Position numbers and translations under genes: made by a program. This document shows positions 51,285 through 60,345 of a DNA stretch of 64,000 nt, piece after piece. This DNA is from Gammaproteobacteria bacterium (GTDB lineage Bacteria > Pseudomonadota > Gammaproteobacteria > Natronospirales > REEB76): positions 41,958-105,957 of the forward strand of contig JBAVYM010000049.1 in assembly GCA_049698775.1 (NCBI GenBank). Direction: 5' to 3'. Every line of letters begins with the position of its first letter. Positions within the stretch are counted from its first letter, which is position 1. The notes below the pieces were generated by a model. The model was not told the origin of the DNA. It ran no database searches and saw only the letters and a program-made list of their open reading frames with translations.

Positions 51285-51923
51285 ATGCGCATTGACATCT
51301 ACTCCGACACCGTCTGCCCCTGGTGTTTCATCGGCAAGCGTCACTTGGAAAAGGCGCTGGCCGGCTCCAACTTCGGCAGCACGGACATCCACTGGCATGC
51401 CTTCCAGCTCAACCCCGATCTGCCGCCGGAAGGCCGCGACCGCAGAGAATATCTGGACGCCAAATTCGGAGGCCCGCAAGCATCCGCGGCGATCCATGCG
51501 CGGGTCAGCACCGCGGGCCGCAATGCGGGCATTGATTTCCAGTTCGACAAAATCACCCGCAGCCCCAACACCCTGAATTCCCATCGCCTGATCCGGCTGG
51601 CGGAAGCCCAGCGCAAGTCGCAAGTCATGGTGGAAACGCTGTTCCGCGGTTATTTCCTGGAAGGCCGTGACATTGGCGATAGTGCCACGCTGGCTGAACT
51701 GGCATTGGCCGCCGGTATCGTCGGCGATATGCCAGTCTGGTTGGCGGGCGATGGCGAACACGCAGCGGTGCTCAGCGATCTGCAAACCGGCCGGAAGCTG
51801 GGTGTCAGCGGCGTGCCGTTCTTCATCATCGAGAACCGTTTTGCGCTGTCCGGCGCCCAGCCGCCGGAAGTTTTCATGCAGGCGCTGCAGGCGGCACAGC
51901 AGAAATCCAGAACCGTCAATTGA
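51285..51923 (+). CDS. DsbA-family oxidoreductase (FrnE-like)
   Basis: 212 aa. The N-terminus MRIDIYSDTVCPWCFIGKRHLE contains the CPWC thioredoxin-fold motif. Confidence 0.85.
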   Translation: MRIDIYSDTVCPWCFIGKRHLEKALAGSNFGSTDIHWHAFQLNPDLPPEGRDRREYLDAKFGGPQASAAIHARVSTAGRNAGIDFQFDKITRSPNTLNSHRLIRLAEAQRKSQVMVETLFRGYFLEGRDIGDSATLAELALAAGIVGDMPVWLAGDGEHAAVLSDLQTGRKLGVSGVPFFIIENRFALSGAQPPEVFMQALQAAQQKSRTVN

Positions 51924-52037
51924 CGCGGCGTTCGGGCACCGGCGACACAAATTGCAGCGGGCCATCACACCGGCAAAATGGGTTCGTGCAACAGATCTAT
52001 TGCATGATTTGAGAACTTCCGCACAGGGAGATAGAGG

Positions 52038-53045
52038 GTGTTGATACTGGATAGCGGCGCGCTGTTGCTGGCACTGCTCATCATCCTGGCCGGCGCCGAA
52101 TTGTTCACCAATGCGCTGGAGCACGTGGGCCAGCGTTACGCGCTGTCCGAAGGTCTGGTGGGTTCGGTATTCGCCGCCGTGGCCACCGCTCTGCCCGAAA
52201 CCATCGTGCCCTTCGTGGCGGTATTCTTCGGCGGCTCCACCGCCACAGTGCGTGAACACATCGGCATCGGCGCGATCCTGGGTGCGCCGCTCATGCTGGC
52301 TTCCATTGCGATGGCCCTGGTCGCCCTGTTCGCCGGCGTGAAGCGCGGCTGGCACAAGCCGCTGCAACCAGAGCGCAGTGGCTTGCTGCGTGATCTGCTG
52401 TATTTTTTGGTGGCGTTCGTGATTGCGTTCCTGGCGCTGTTCATCCCTCACGACCAGCTTGGTCCGCGGGTCCTGGCCAGCGCCGTACTGGTTTTCATGT
52501 ACATCACCTATGTCAGCAACACCATCCGCGCCTCGAAACTGCTGGTGGAACAGGGCCATGACACCCGCGCGGAGGGTCCGCTGTTTCTGACCCGCCTGCA
52601 CCTGCCGCCCGGGCTGTGGCCGGAAATCACGCAACTGGCGCTGGGACTTGCACTCATCATCGCGGGATCCAAGCTGTTTGTGTACGGCGTGGAACAGGTG
52701 GCAGATCTCACCAGCATCAGCGTGTTGATACTTTCACTGCTGGTCATTCCGGTAGCCACGGAAATGCCGGAAAAATTCAACAGCATCCTGTGGATACGCC
52801 GCAATAAAGACACACTCGCGTTTGGCAACATCACCGGCGCGCTGGTGTTTCAAGGCACGTTATTGCCGGCCTTCGGCATACAGCTCGCCAATTGGCAGCC
52901 GCGGCCGGACATGCTCTGGGTCATGGGCCTGACTTTTGCCGCGATCTTGTGGGTACTGTTCCTCAGTCTCAGCCGCCGTTTTACACCGGCCTGGCTGATA
53001 CCGGCCGGACTCGCCTATGTGCTGATGTTTACACTGCTGGTATAA
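52038..53045 (+). CDS. sodium/calcium exchanger (CaCA) family membrane protein
   Basis: 335 aa polytopic protein, GTG start. Two alpha-repeat-like regions (GSVFAAVATALPE and VIPVATEMPEKFNS). Confidence 0.75.
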   Translation: MLILDSGALLLALLIILAGAELFTNALEHVGQRYALSEGLVGSVFAAVATALPETIVPFVAVFFGGSTATVREHIGIGAILGAPLMLASIAMALVALFAGVKRGWHKPLQPERSGLLRDLLYFLVAFVIAFLALFIPHDQLGPRVLASAVLVFMYITYVSNTIRASKLLVEQGHDTRAEGPLFLTRLHLPPGLWPEITQLALGLALIIAGSKLFVYGVEQVADLTSISVLILSLLVIPVATEMPEKFNSILWIRRNKDTLAFGNITGALVFQGTLLPAFGIQLANWQPRPDMLWVMGLTFAAILWVLFLSLSRRFTPAWLIPAGLAYVLMFTLLV

Positions 53046-53195
53046 GTGCGGGCACGCATCTGTTTGACTGCCTGCGAGTGTTTTACAATCCCCAGGCAAG
53101 CTCCCGTGGATTCGAGCCATATTCGCTCTGCCTTGAAACAGGGCATACTAAATACAGGTTCATGGACTGTGCAAGCGATGCACTGAAACACGAGC

Positions 53196-54422
53196 ATGAA
53201 GATCAAATATTCAGTAGAACAACTTGAAAAAGGCATGTACGTCGCTGAATTGGATCGGCCGTGGGCGGGAACACCATTCCTGTTTCAGGGCTTCATGATC
53301 GAAAGCGACGAAGACCTCAGCCAATTGCGGCAGTGCTGCAAGCATGTATTCGTTGACGATCTCAAATCCCGCGCCGACCAGGCGGTCCAGAACAAACTGC
53401 ATAGCGCGGTGCGCGGCAGTACGATTACCGTGGAATTCCGCGAATGGGAAGGCGTACACAAGCTCCGCGACACCATAAAGAAACTTGAAACCAAGCGCGA
53501 CGATGTGGTGGTCAGGCTGACCTCACTTGCCGATAGCGATGTCATCGAAAAGAGCGAAAGCCTGCGCGACACCCGCGAGGCGGTTGTTCACCTGATAGAC
53601 GATATCGCCGCGGATCCGAAGACCAGCCTGTGGATGCGTATACTTTCCGAGCAGAATGCAACCATCGGACGCCATGCGGTGAACACCACGACTCTGGCCG
53701 TGGGTTTCGCCGCCGACCTGGGCTGGGACACGGACCTGCAGGGGATCGTCGGTGAAGGCGCCATGCTGCACGACGTCGGCATGTCAAAAATACCCGAGCA
53801 GATCAGGGACAAGCCGGCGGCCTTGAGCCCGGAAGAATTCAAACTGGTCAAGTTGCATCCACAGTATGCGGCCAAACGGCTTGAAGGCAACCAGGGCTTC
53901 GATCCCAGAATCGTGGAAATCGTCCGCCATCACCATGAACGTCTGGACGGATCCGGTTACCCGGACGGCTTGGCCGGCGACACCATTCCAGACTATGTGC
54001 AATTGGTGGCGATTTGCGATGTGTATGATTCCTACACAACGGAACAATGTTACCGACAGCAACTGACATCCTCGGCCGCCATCCGCAGACTTACCCAGCG
54101 CGCCGGGCAGCATTTTGCCAAGGAACTGGTGGAACGGTTTATCCGCTGGATCGGGATTTATCCCTTGGGGAGCCTGGTGAGATTACGGAATAATGCACTG
54201 GCGATCATTGTGGTTTCCGATGAGAAAAAACGCATGCGCCCAACCGTGCTGCTGATAAGGGATCCGGAAGGCCAAGCCATTTTGCCGCGCCGCACCCTGA
54301 ACCTGGAATATATAGAATCCGCCGGCCTCCTGGATCAATGGGGTTTGAGCGAGATCGTTGATCCGGCCACTGCAAAGGTTGATGTCCGCCAGATCCTGTT
54401 GCAGGAAATGCAGTTACGATAA
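53196..54422 (+). CDS. HD-GYP domain protein with a DUF3391-like N-terminus (putative c-di-GMP phosphodiesterase)
   Basis: 408 aa with LHDVGMSKIP (HD) and HHERLDGSGYPDGL (GYP) motifs. Confidence 0.88.
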   Translation: MKIKYSVEQLEKGMYVAELDRPWAGTPFLFQGFMIESDEDLSQLRQCCKHVFVDDLKSRADQAVQNKLHSAVRGSTITVEFREWEGVHKLRDTIKKLETKRDDVVVRLTSLADSDVIEKSESLRDTREAVVHLIDDIAADPKTSLWMRILSEQNATIGRHAVNTTTLAVGFAADLGWDTDLQGIVGEGAMLHDVGMSKIPEQIRDKPAALSPEEFKLVKLHPQYAAKRLEGNQGFDPRIVEIVRHHHERLDGSGYPDGLAGDTIPDYVQLVAICDVYDSYTTEQCYRQQLTSSAAIRRLTQRAGQHFAKELVERFIRWIGIYPLGSLVRLRNNALAIIVVSDEKKRMRPTVLLIRDPEGQAILPRRTLNLEYIESAGLLDQWGLSEIVDPATAKVDVRQILLQEMQLR

Positions 54423-54493
54423 CGGCCAATACCTCTGCACGGTGACCAGTGACAACACTCCGCCACCTGTTGCGCGTTTAACCATTGCCAATT

Positions 54494-54694
54494 ATGGATG
54501 ACCCGGTAGTCTCACCCTGCGTGCGCGTCTGCTGCCTGGACGATGACAATGTGTGCATCGGCTGCGGGCGCACGCTGGATGAAATCCGCCGCTGGTCGGA
54601 TATGCCGGAACGCGACAAGCACGAAACCGTGCGGCAGGCTGCCGAACGCCGGGCCGCGCGGCGCTTGCGTTATCCGGGCACGTCATTGGAATAA
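54494..54694 (+). CDS. DUF1289-family small Cys-rich protein
   Basis: ORF 54485 (TTG) ..54694; likely ATG is 54494. SPCVRVCCLDDDNVCIGCGRTLDEIRRW is the DUF1289 signature. Confidence 0.75.
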   Translation: MDDPVVSPCVRVCCLDDDNVCIGCGRTLDEIRRWSDMPERDKHETVRQAAERRAARRLRYPGTSLE

Positions 54695-54740
54695 CGATGG
54701 GACAGGATGCCGTGACCGGAAACAAACTGGGAAAATCTTC

Positions 54741-54777
54741 CAGCAAAACAATATCTTGAGTTGGTGGCTGCGGGCGG
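54741..54777. repeat. degenerate copy of the junction plus first 16 nt of the tRNA-Met 3' end (old integration scar)
   Basis: cagcaaaacaatatcttgagTTGGTGGCTGCGGGCGG versus 55941..55977 cagcgaaacagtaacttgagTTGGTGGCTACGGGTGG. 33 of 40 positions match when extended to 40 nt (hand count). Confidence 0.55.
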
Positions 54778-54877
54778 GCGTGGCACATGGGCCACGCGAA
54801 AATGCAGCTCAATAAGACACAAATTTGGCACAATAACCCGCTCGGGCTGCGCGTTCGCAATTGAAGGTGGAAAAATC

Positions 54878-55642
54878 ATGAGTGTGAAAAAAACGACGAT
54901 GGTCTTCGGCTGGCGCGTTTACGGCTTGGGCGTGATGGCGATAGCCCTACTCTGCTTGGCGTGGGGAACCTTCGACCCGGGGCAGCCGGTGCCCAAGGAT
55001 TTCCCCGACCGCACCGCCCTGGCCTATGCTGCGGCCGCATTCATGCTCGCCGCGGGTGCGGCCGTCGAGTGGCGTCGGACCGTGACCTGGGGCGCCGCGG
55101 CGCTCACTGCCTACTACGTGCTCATCGTCGTCATCCTGATGAACGGCCGTGTACTGCTCGCCCACTACGCCGAGTTCGGCACCTACGAAGGCGTCGCCGA
55201 GCAGCTCGCCATCGCGGCGGGCGGGCTGATCGTCTACGCCGCCAGCGCCAGGATCAATGCGGCCTTGGCCGCACGCCTCACGCGCCTGGGCCAACTGGCA
55301 TTCGGGGTTTGTGCGCTGATATTTGGTGGAGCACATTTTGTCTATATGAACCTGACCGCCCCGTTGGTCCCCAATTGGTTGCCGCCTTCGCAAGTGTTCT
55401 GGGGCTATGCGACCGGGCTTGGTCACATCGCGGCGGGCTTAGCGATCCTGACGGGCGTGCGGGCCCGCCTCGCCGCGATCCTGCTGGCCGCCATGTACGC
55501 GTCCTTTGCCCTGCTGGTGTGGGTGCCAATGCTCCTGGCCGACCCCAGGAGCCATGAGAACTGGACCGAGAGCGCCACAACTCTCGCCCTGATCGGCGTC
55601 GCCTGGGTTGTGGCGGACTCGCTGTCGCGGCCGCGGCGCTAG
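54878..55642 (+). CDS. polytopic membrane protein, unknown function
   Basis: ORF 54761..55642; ATG 54878 follows GAAGGTGG. About 254 aa with at least 6 hydrophobic helices. No family confidently recognised. Confidence 0.6.
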   Translation: MSVKKTTMVFGWRVYGLGVMAIALLCLAWGTFDPGQPVPKDFPDRTALAYAAAAFMLAAGAAVEWRRTVTWGAAALTAYYVLIVVILMNGRVLLAHYAEFGTYEGVAEQLAIAAGGLIVYAASARINAALAARLTRLGQLAFGVCALIFGGAHFVYMNLTAPLVPNWLPPSQVFWGYATGLGHIAAGLAILTGVRARLAAILLAAMYASFALLVWVPMLLADPRSHENWTESATTLALIGVAWVVADSLSRPRR

Positions 55643-55678
55643 TGGAGCGAATCTAAAACTTGGTTCGCACGCCTGACG

Positions 55679-55804
55679 TTGACACAATTCATTAAGGCTG
55701 CCGAGAAGGCGACGAATGTACCGTCGTGCAAAAGTCCCGCAATTTTGTTTGTTATTGCGGCCACAGGCGTGCGTAAGTGCTTGATAATTGGTGGCTACGG
55801 GTGG
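55679..55804 (+). pseudogene. remnant of an integrase 3' end plus 16 nt of the tRNA-Met 3' end (second scar)
   Basis: QFIKAAEKATNVPSCKSPAILFVIAATGVRKC parallels the integrase tail QLIAAADTVIKPQSRKSPAIFLLRTRARVST at 58310..58413. It is followed by TGGTGGCTACGGGTGG (55789..55804). Confidence 0.6.
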
Positions 55805-55961
55805 GCTGGGCCGACAGGCCCAGCGGGAAACCAGGATGGTTTCCCTGGGCAGGTTGAATGTACAGGAAGTACATTTAGCCGACGAGACACCAACCTCATC
55901 AGGAATAATGCTAAGGCCGGCTAACTGTAGCCGCCTCTTTCAGCGAAACAGTAACTTGAGT

Positions 55962-56008
55962 TGGTGGCTACGGGTGGACTCGAACCACCGACCTCAGCAT
56001 TATGAGTG
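55962..56008. repeat. 47-nt direct repeat of the tRNA-Met 3' end (distal att site of the proximal islet)
   Basis: TGGTGGCTACGGGTGGACTCGAACCACCGACCTCAGCATTATGAGTG is identical to 58418..58464. Confidence 0.85.
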
Positions 56009-56158
56009 AGTTTGCGCAAATATTAGGACACGTTCTAACGCGTTTAAACACGTCTAAGCACGCGATAAATCTGGATATGGCCGCGTTGCCTGGGCTCGTT
56101 AGAGTTCGTTTGAATCCATCGGAAACCGCCTCAACTATGGAATAGCTATGGCGCAGAT

Positions 56159-56845
56159 TTAAGCGCCGCTCACGTCAAAAGAGTGGAGTACCGGCTGAGC
56201 AGGTGGCGCAAGTTTGCCGTACACCTGCTCATACCCTTCAAATAATTGATCAATGTAGTTGTTCAAAGTATCTTCCTCCGACGCCGTACCGCCAGCCATT
56301 TTTTGTACACCGTATTGTGCCATCGCTCTTGTAGCGTCCATTTCAACAGCGCGCCATTTTATAAAGCAAGCTCTAGCATCGTCGGGATGCAACAATCCGT
56401 ATAGCAATGCTTGACTTTGATATTGGGGCCAAGAATGGGCGCCAGAAACGCCGCTTTGCATTAATTCCGGCATAAAGCTCCAAGGAATCATGTCCTGGCG
56501 CTTAATGAGCTCCACTTCTTTTTTGCCAAGAACATCCCACGGAAATATATCCGGTGATATGCCTATTTCCCGGACGGGATCCTGATTTGCAATTAAGGTA
56601 CTAACGGGATATTTGTCCCAGTCGCGATTAGACAGCAATTGAGTCAAGAGTTGTGCTGCACGATAGCGACGACCAACGCCGATGCCGATAGATATTATTA
56701 GTAAGTCTATACAAGCGGATGCGACGATCAAGCCCGGTACGACCTTGGAGCCAACAATTGGAATACGCTTTTTCGGCCATCCAGACGCTTCGATGTTGAC
56801 GCGTATAACGAATGTGAGAAAGGGCACGTCATTAGTTGTTAGCAT
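56159..56845 (-). CDS. hypothetical single-pass membrane protein (islet cargo, gene 2 of 2)
   Basis: 228 aa with one strong hydrophobic helix (VVPGLIVASACIDLLIISIGIGVG). GAGGTG SD; lies 9 nt after the upstream gene. AT-richer than the backbone. Confidence 0.6.
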   Translation of the reverse strand: MLTTNDVPFLTFVIRVNIEASGWPKKRIPIVGSKVVPGLIVASACIDLLIISIGIGVGRRYRAAQLLTQLLSNRDWDKYPVSTLIANQDPVREIGISPDIFPWDVLGKKEVELIKRQDMIPWSFMPELMQSGVSGAHSWPQYQSQALLYGLLHPDDARACFIKWRAVEMDATRAMAQYGVQKMAGGTASEEDTLNNYIDQLFEGYEQVYGKLAPPAQPVLHSFDVSGA

Positions 56846-56854
56846 AGGTGCACC

Positions 56855-57463
56855 TCAAGGCTCTACCCGATTTCGTCCGGATGTGAACAGCGCGGAGAGC
56901 TTCATAGCTAAATCCTTTTCATAGCCATTGATGACGTCAACAAGCGGCAGATTGCTATCCATCGAATGTGGTTCCACTACTTCGTCGCGTACCCACTGAT
57001 CGTAAAAATACGCCACGTTTAACGCGATATCAAAGTTCGGCACTTTACCCTTAAATTCAAGGTCCGCATGGGCAGCGTACTTATTTCTGAAGTCGGTGAA
57101 CTCCTGCCAATAGGTTTGCCAAGCGGCCCAATCTAGATTCGTAGCCTTAAGAACGCCGTTCCTAAATGTGTTTTCAAGACTGGTGCGATCAAGTGCAGAG
57201 AGTTTCTTCCAATGAATATCGCTAGTGTCGTCAGCTCCAAATACATTGCACCACCTAATCGCAGCTCGAAGTACATGGGCATCAATTGTCATTACCCAAA
57301 ACGGATCGTGGTCCAATCCGTATGTTTGACACTGCCTTCTGAGCACCCTTGAGCAAGTCAGGTGGAGAGCGAACCTGTGTACATTTGGGTATTGATTTTT
57401 AAAGACTTTTACTTCGTAGTTCATTGCATTTAGGGCGGACAACCCTTTCCCTGTTGATGTCAC
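56855..57463 (-). CDS. hypothetical protein with an HEPN-like Rx5H motif (islet cargo, gene 1 of 2)
   Basis: 202 aa. FRNKYAAH (R126..H132, nt 57088..57068) fits the HEPN R-x(4-6)-H signature with Asn after Arg. The helical assignment is a guess from composition. The start could instead be Met14 (57424). Confidence 0.55.
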   Translation of the reverse strand: MTSTGKGLSALNAMNYEVKVFKNQYPNVHRFALHLTCSRVLRRQCQTYGLDHDPFWVMTIDAHVLRAAIRWCNVFGADDTSDIHWKKLSALDRTSLENTFRNGVLKATNLDWAAWQTYWQEFTDFRNKYAAHADLEFKGKVPNFDIALNVAYFYDQWVRDEVVEPHSMDSNLPLVDVINGYEKDLAMKLSALFTSGRNRVEP

Positions 57464-57535
57464 CGACTATCGTGACATTGTGGGTACTTCATAGTCCAAA
57501 GTCACGTCCTTCTGCCTGGCCTTCGACCAAGCGGG

Positions 57536-57900
57536 TGGAGTGCCCCCCATTTTTCGGACTGTCCGCAGGTCTAGGATAACCTGATGGAGGTCGTACATGA
57601 AGAAGCGATTTTCGGAGGAACAGATTGTCCGGATTTTGGGTGAGGCGGCGGGGCACGGGATGCCGGCGACGGCGCGCAAGTACGGGGTATCGGAGCAGAC
57701 GCTTTACGTATGGCGGCGGCGGTTTGACGGCATGGAGGTGTCACAAATGGCGGAGCTGAAGCGCCTGCAGCAGGAGAACGCGCGGTTGAAGAAGCTGGTG
57801 GCGGAGCGGGACTTTGAACTGGAGTTTGCGCGCGAGGTAATCGCAAGAAAATGAGTCGTGTGTCGGATCGGCGCGAAGAGGTCCGGCACGCGCAACCCAC
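57536..57900 (+). mobile_element. IS3-family insertion sequence remnant (orfA only, orfB deleted)
   Basis: Contains orfA and only about 15 codons resembling an orfB start. Possible left inverted repeat begins TGGAGTGCCCCCC at 57536. Both boundaries are approximate. Confidence 0.6.
57597..57854 (+). CDS. IS3-family transposase OrfA (HTH)
   Basis: 85 aa. MKKRFSEEQIVRILGEA...GVSEQTLYVWRRRF...LKRLQQENARLKKLVAE is the classic IS3/IS407-group OrfA with a leucine zipper. Confidence 0.85.
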   Translation: MKKRFSEEQIVRILGEAAGHGMPATARKYGVSEQTLYVWRRRFDGMEVSQMAELKRLQQENARLKKLVAERDFELEFAREVIARK

Positions 57901-57903
57901 TGG

Positions 57904-58413
57904 GTGTTGATCCAGGCGGATTTCGGAGGTCGTACGCCTTTGAGCGGGGTTAAGAACAAGATGGATCGGTTGGTCGTACTGAATTCGATTGCAAAATCCG
58001 TAATCGAATCTCAGCGTGGCAGGCACCCCGAGCGGGTGTTTACCTACACTGGGCGTTGGGGCAAATCAGAACGCCGCCCCATGACACGGATGTACAACAG
58101 CGCCTGGAAATCTGCCCGGAAACGCGCCGCGAGCCGTTACGAGCAGGCACTGGGTTCATCCTGTCCGGAAGGATTCCGTAACGTGCGCGTCCACGACTTG
58201 AAGCATACGTTTGGCCGCCGGTTACGCGCGGCGGGCGTGAGCTTTGAGGATCGGCAGGACTTGCTGGGCCACAAGTCCAATCGCGTGACGACGGAATACA
58301 GTGCGGCCGAGCTAGGCCAACTCATCGCTGCGGCCGACACTGTAATCAAGCCTCAGTCCCGCAAAAGTCCCGCAATTTTTTTGTTGCGGACGCGGGCGCG
58401 TGTAAGTACTTGA
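57904..58413 (+). pseudogene. tyrosine recombinase/integrase, C-terminal catalytic fragment only
   Basis: Contains VHDLKHTFGRRL (HxxR), LLGH and the catalytic Tyr (TTEYSAA). It lacks the N-terminal about 200 aa, which are replaced by the IS3 remnant. Ends 4 nt before the tRNA-Met 3' end. Confidence 0.8.
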
Positions 58414-58417
58414 TTAT

Positions 58418-58494
58418 TGGTGGCTACGGGTGGACTCGAACCACCGACCTCAGCATTATGAGTGCCGCGCTCTAACCGGCTGAGCTACGTAGCC
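58418..58494 (-). tRNA. tRNA-Met (anticodon CAT, elongator type)
   Basis: The reverse complement GGCTACGTAGCTCAGCCGGTTAGAGCGCGGCACTCATAATGCTGAGGTCGGTGGTTCGAGTCCACCCGTAGCCACCA closely resembles E. coli metT/metU. Confidence 0.9.
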
Positions 58495-58558
58495 ATTGAG
58501 AGTAATCGAGGGGCGCAGATTGTCGTTTCTGCCGCCGCTCAAGTCAAGAAAACCGTTG

Positions 58559-59650
58559 TCATATATTGAATCTGAAGTGCATGACATCCCCTTCCTGGAC
58601 CAGATATTCCTTGCCCTCCAGCCGCCACTTGCCCGCCTCGCGCGCGCCGGTTTCGCCCTTGTATTTCACGTAGTCCTCGTAGGCCACGACTTCCGCGCGA
58701 ATGAAACCCTTCTCGAAGTCCGTGTGGATCACGCCTGCCGCTTGCGGCGCAGTGAACCCCTTGTGTACGGTCCAGGCGCGCACTTCCTTGGGGCCAGCGG
58801 TGAAATAGGTTTCCAGCCCCAGTAATTTGTAGCCTGTGCGGATCACGCGGTTAAGTCCGGGTTCGCTCAAGCCCATATCCTTCAGGAAATCCGCCTTGTC
58901 CGCGTCGTCCAGTTCGGCGATTTCCGCTTCAAGTGCGGCGCACACCGGCACCAGCCCGGATTTTTCCGCCAGCGCGATGCTTCGCACTTTATCCAGCAGC
59001 GGGTTATTCTCGAAGCCGTGTTCGTCCACGTTGGCGATATACATGGTGGGTTTCAGGGTCAAGAGACCATACTCGCGCAATAGTATTTGTTCTTCAGATG
59101 ACAGGTCCAGCGAACGCGCCGGTTTCGCCTGATCCAGATGCGCCTTGAGCGCTTCCAGCAATTTCTGCCGTGCGACTGCCTCCTTGTCGCCTGATTTTGC
59201 CACGCGCGCATTGCGCTCCACCGCGCGATCCACGGTTTCAAGATCGGACAAAGCCAATTCGGTGTTGATGGTTTCGATATCAGATGCCGGATTGACTTTT
59301 CCGGTGACGTGTACCACGTCGGCATTCTCGAAGCAGCGCACCACGTGCGCGATGGCATCGGTCTCGCGGATATGCGACAGGAACTGATTGCCCAGGCCCT
59401 CGCCCTTGGACGCGCCGGCCACCAATCCCGCAATATCCACGAACTCCACCGCCGCCGGGATGATTTTCTTTGGACTTACAATCGCGGCCAGTTCATTCAG
59501 ACGTGCGTCCGGTACCGGCACCACACCCACGTTGGGATCAATGGTGCAAAAAGGATAATTCTCCACGGCGATGCCCGCCTTGGTCAGCGCATTGAAGAGC
59601 GTGGACTTGCCCACGTTGGGCAGGCCGACGATGCCGCATTTGAGACTCAT
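58559..59650 (-). CDS. ychF: redox-regulated ribosome-binding ATPase YchF
   Basis: 363 aa with [19 protein letters not shown]-loop and a conserved TGS C-terminus. Confidence 0.95.
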   Translation of the reverse strand: MSLKCGIVGLPNVGKSTLFNALTKAGIAVENYPFCTIDPNVGVVPVPDARLNELAAIVSPKKIIPAAVEFVDIAGLVAGASKGEGLGNQFLSHIRETDAIAHVVRCFENADVVHVTGKVNPASDIETINTELALSDLETVDRAVERNARVAKSGDKEAVARQKLLEALKAHLDQAKPARSLDLSSEEQILLREYGLLTLKPTMYIANVDEHGFENNPLLDKVRSIALAEKSGLVPVCAALEAEIAELDDADKADFLKDMGLSEPGLNRVIRTGYKLLGLETYFTAGPKEVRAWTVHKGFTAPQAAGVIHTDFEKGFIRAEVVAYEDYVKYKGETGAREAGKWRLEGKEYLVQEGDVMHFRFNI

Positions 59651-60297
59651 GTTTTGTGCTTCCGGGTGTGATCGGGATCAACCGATGATTCACCGCGCTT
59701 GTTGCGCGGCACCACGCCGCGGCTGTGCAATTCATGCATGGCTTTCTCAAGCTCACCGTCCAGAAGCCACGGCATGACGCTCATGGCCGCCGTTACCGCC
59801 TGCATGATCCTCGATTCATCTTCCTCGCCGGCACGCTGCAATACATAGTCAATGACCTCATGGCCCGGCGGTGGCCGTCCGATGCCGAAGCGCAGGCGCA
59901 CGAAATTTTCACCCAGGTGATCCGTGATGTCGCGCAGGCCGTTGTGGCCGCCGTGGCCACCGCCCTGCTTGAGCCGCACCGTACCGACCGGCAGATCCAG
60001 ATCGTCGTGGGACACGAGGATGGCTTCCGGTGGCAGCTTGAGATAAGCCGACAGCGCTTGCACCGCCTGGCCGCTGCGGTTCATGAATGTATCGGGTTTG
60101 AGCAGCCGCAGGTCATGGCCGCCGATGCTCACACGGCAAACCTCACCGCTGAACTTGCGCTCGCGGCTGAACCTGCCGCCATGCGCGCGTGCCAGCGCAT
60201 CCGCGAACCAGAAGCCGGCGTTGTGGCGCGTCAAAATGTAATCGGCCCCGGGATTGCCGAGGCCGACCACGAGTTGTATCGGCATGGATTCTGCCAT
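59647..60297 (-). CDS. pth: peptidyl-tRNA hydrolase
   Basis: [22 protein letters not shown] signature. The start is either 60297 or 60285 (MPIQLVV). Confidence 0.92.
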   Translation of the reverse strand: MAESMPIQLVVGLGNPGADYILTRHNAGFWFADALARAHGGRFSRERKFSGEVCRVSIGGHDLRLLKPDTFMNRSGQAVQALSAYLKLPPEAILVSHDDLDLPVGTVRLKQGGGHGGHNGLRDITDHLGENFVRLRFGIGRPPPGHEVIDYVLQRAGEEDESRIMQAVTAAMSVMPWLLDGELEKAMHELHSRGVVPRNKRGESSVDPDHTRKHKT

Positions 60298-60345
60298 GAC
60301 AACGGAGAAGTAACCGCCGGCCTGCCGAAACAGGCCGGCGCACGA

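Noticed and set aside
51231-52634. 467-aa minus-strand ORF
   Set aside because: It spans the antisense of three well-supported plus-strand genes (the small ORF, the DsbA-family gene and the CaCA transporter), so it is an artefact.
55679-55924. 81-aa ORF annotated in the track
   Set aside because: Its first about 35 residues parallel the C-terminal tail of the integrase at 58310..58413 and run into a partial tRNA 3' end. I interpret it as an integration-scar remnant, not a gene.
57467-58026. Minus-strand ORFs 57467..57679 and 57571..58026
   Set aside because: They are antisense to the IS3 orfA and the integrase fragment. Both are Arg/Pro/Ser-rich and show no homology pattern.
55962-58417. 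Whether the tRNA-Met islet is a prophage or ICE
   Set aside because: It is only about 2.4 kb, with a truncated integrase, an IS fragment and two cargo genes. It has no structural, replication or conjugation genes. It is best described as a decayed integrative islet.
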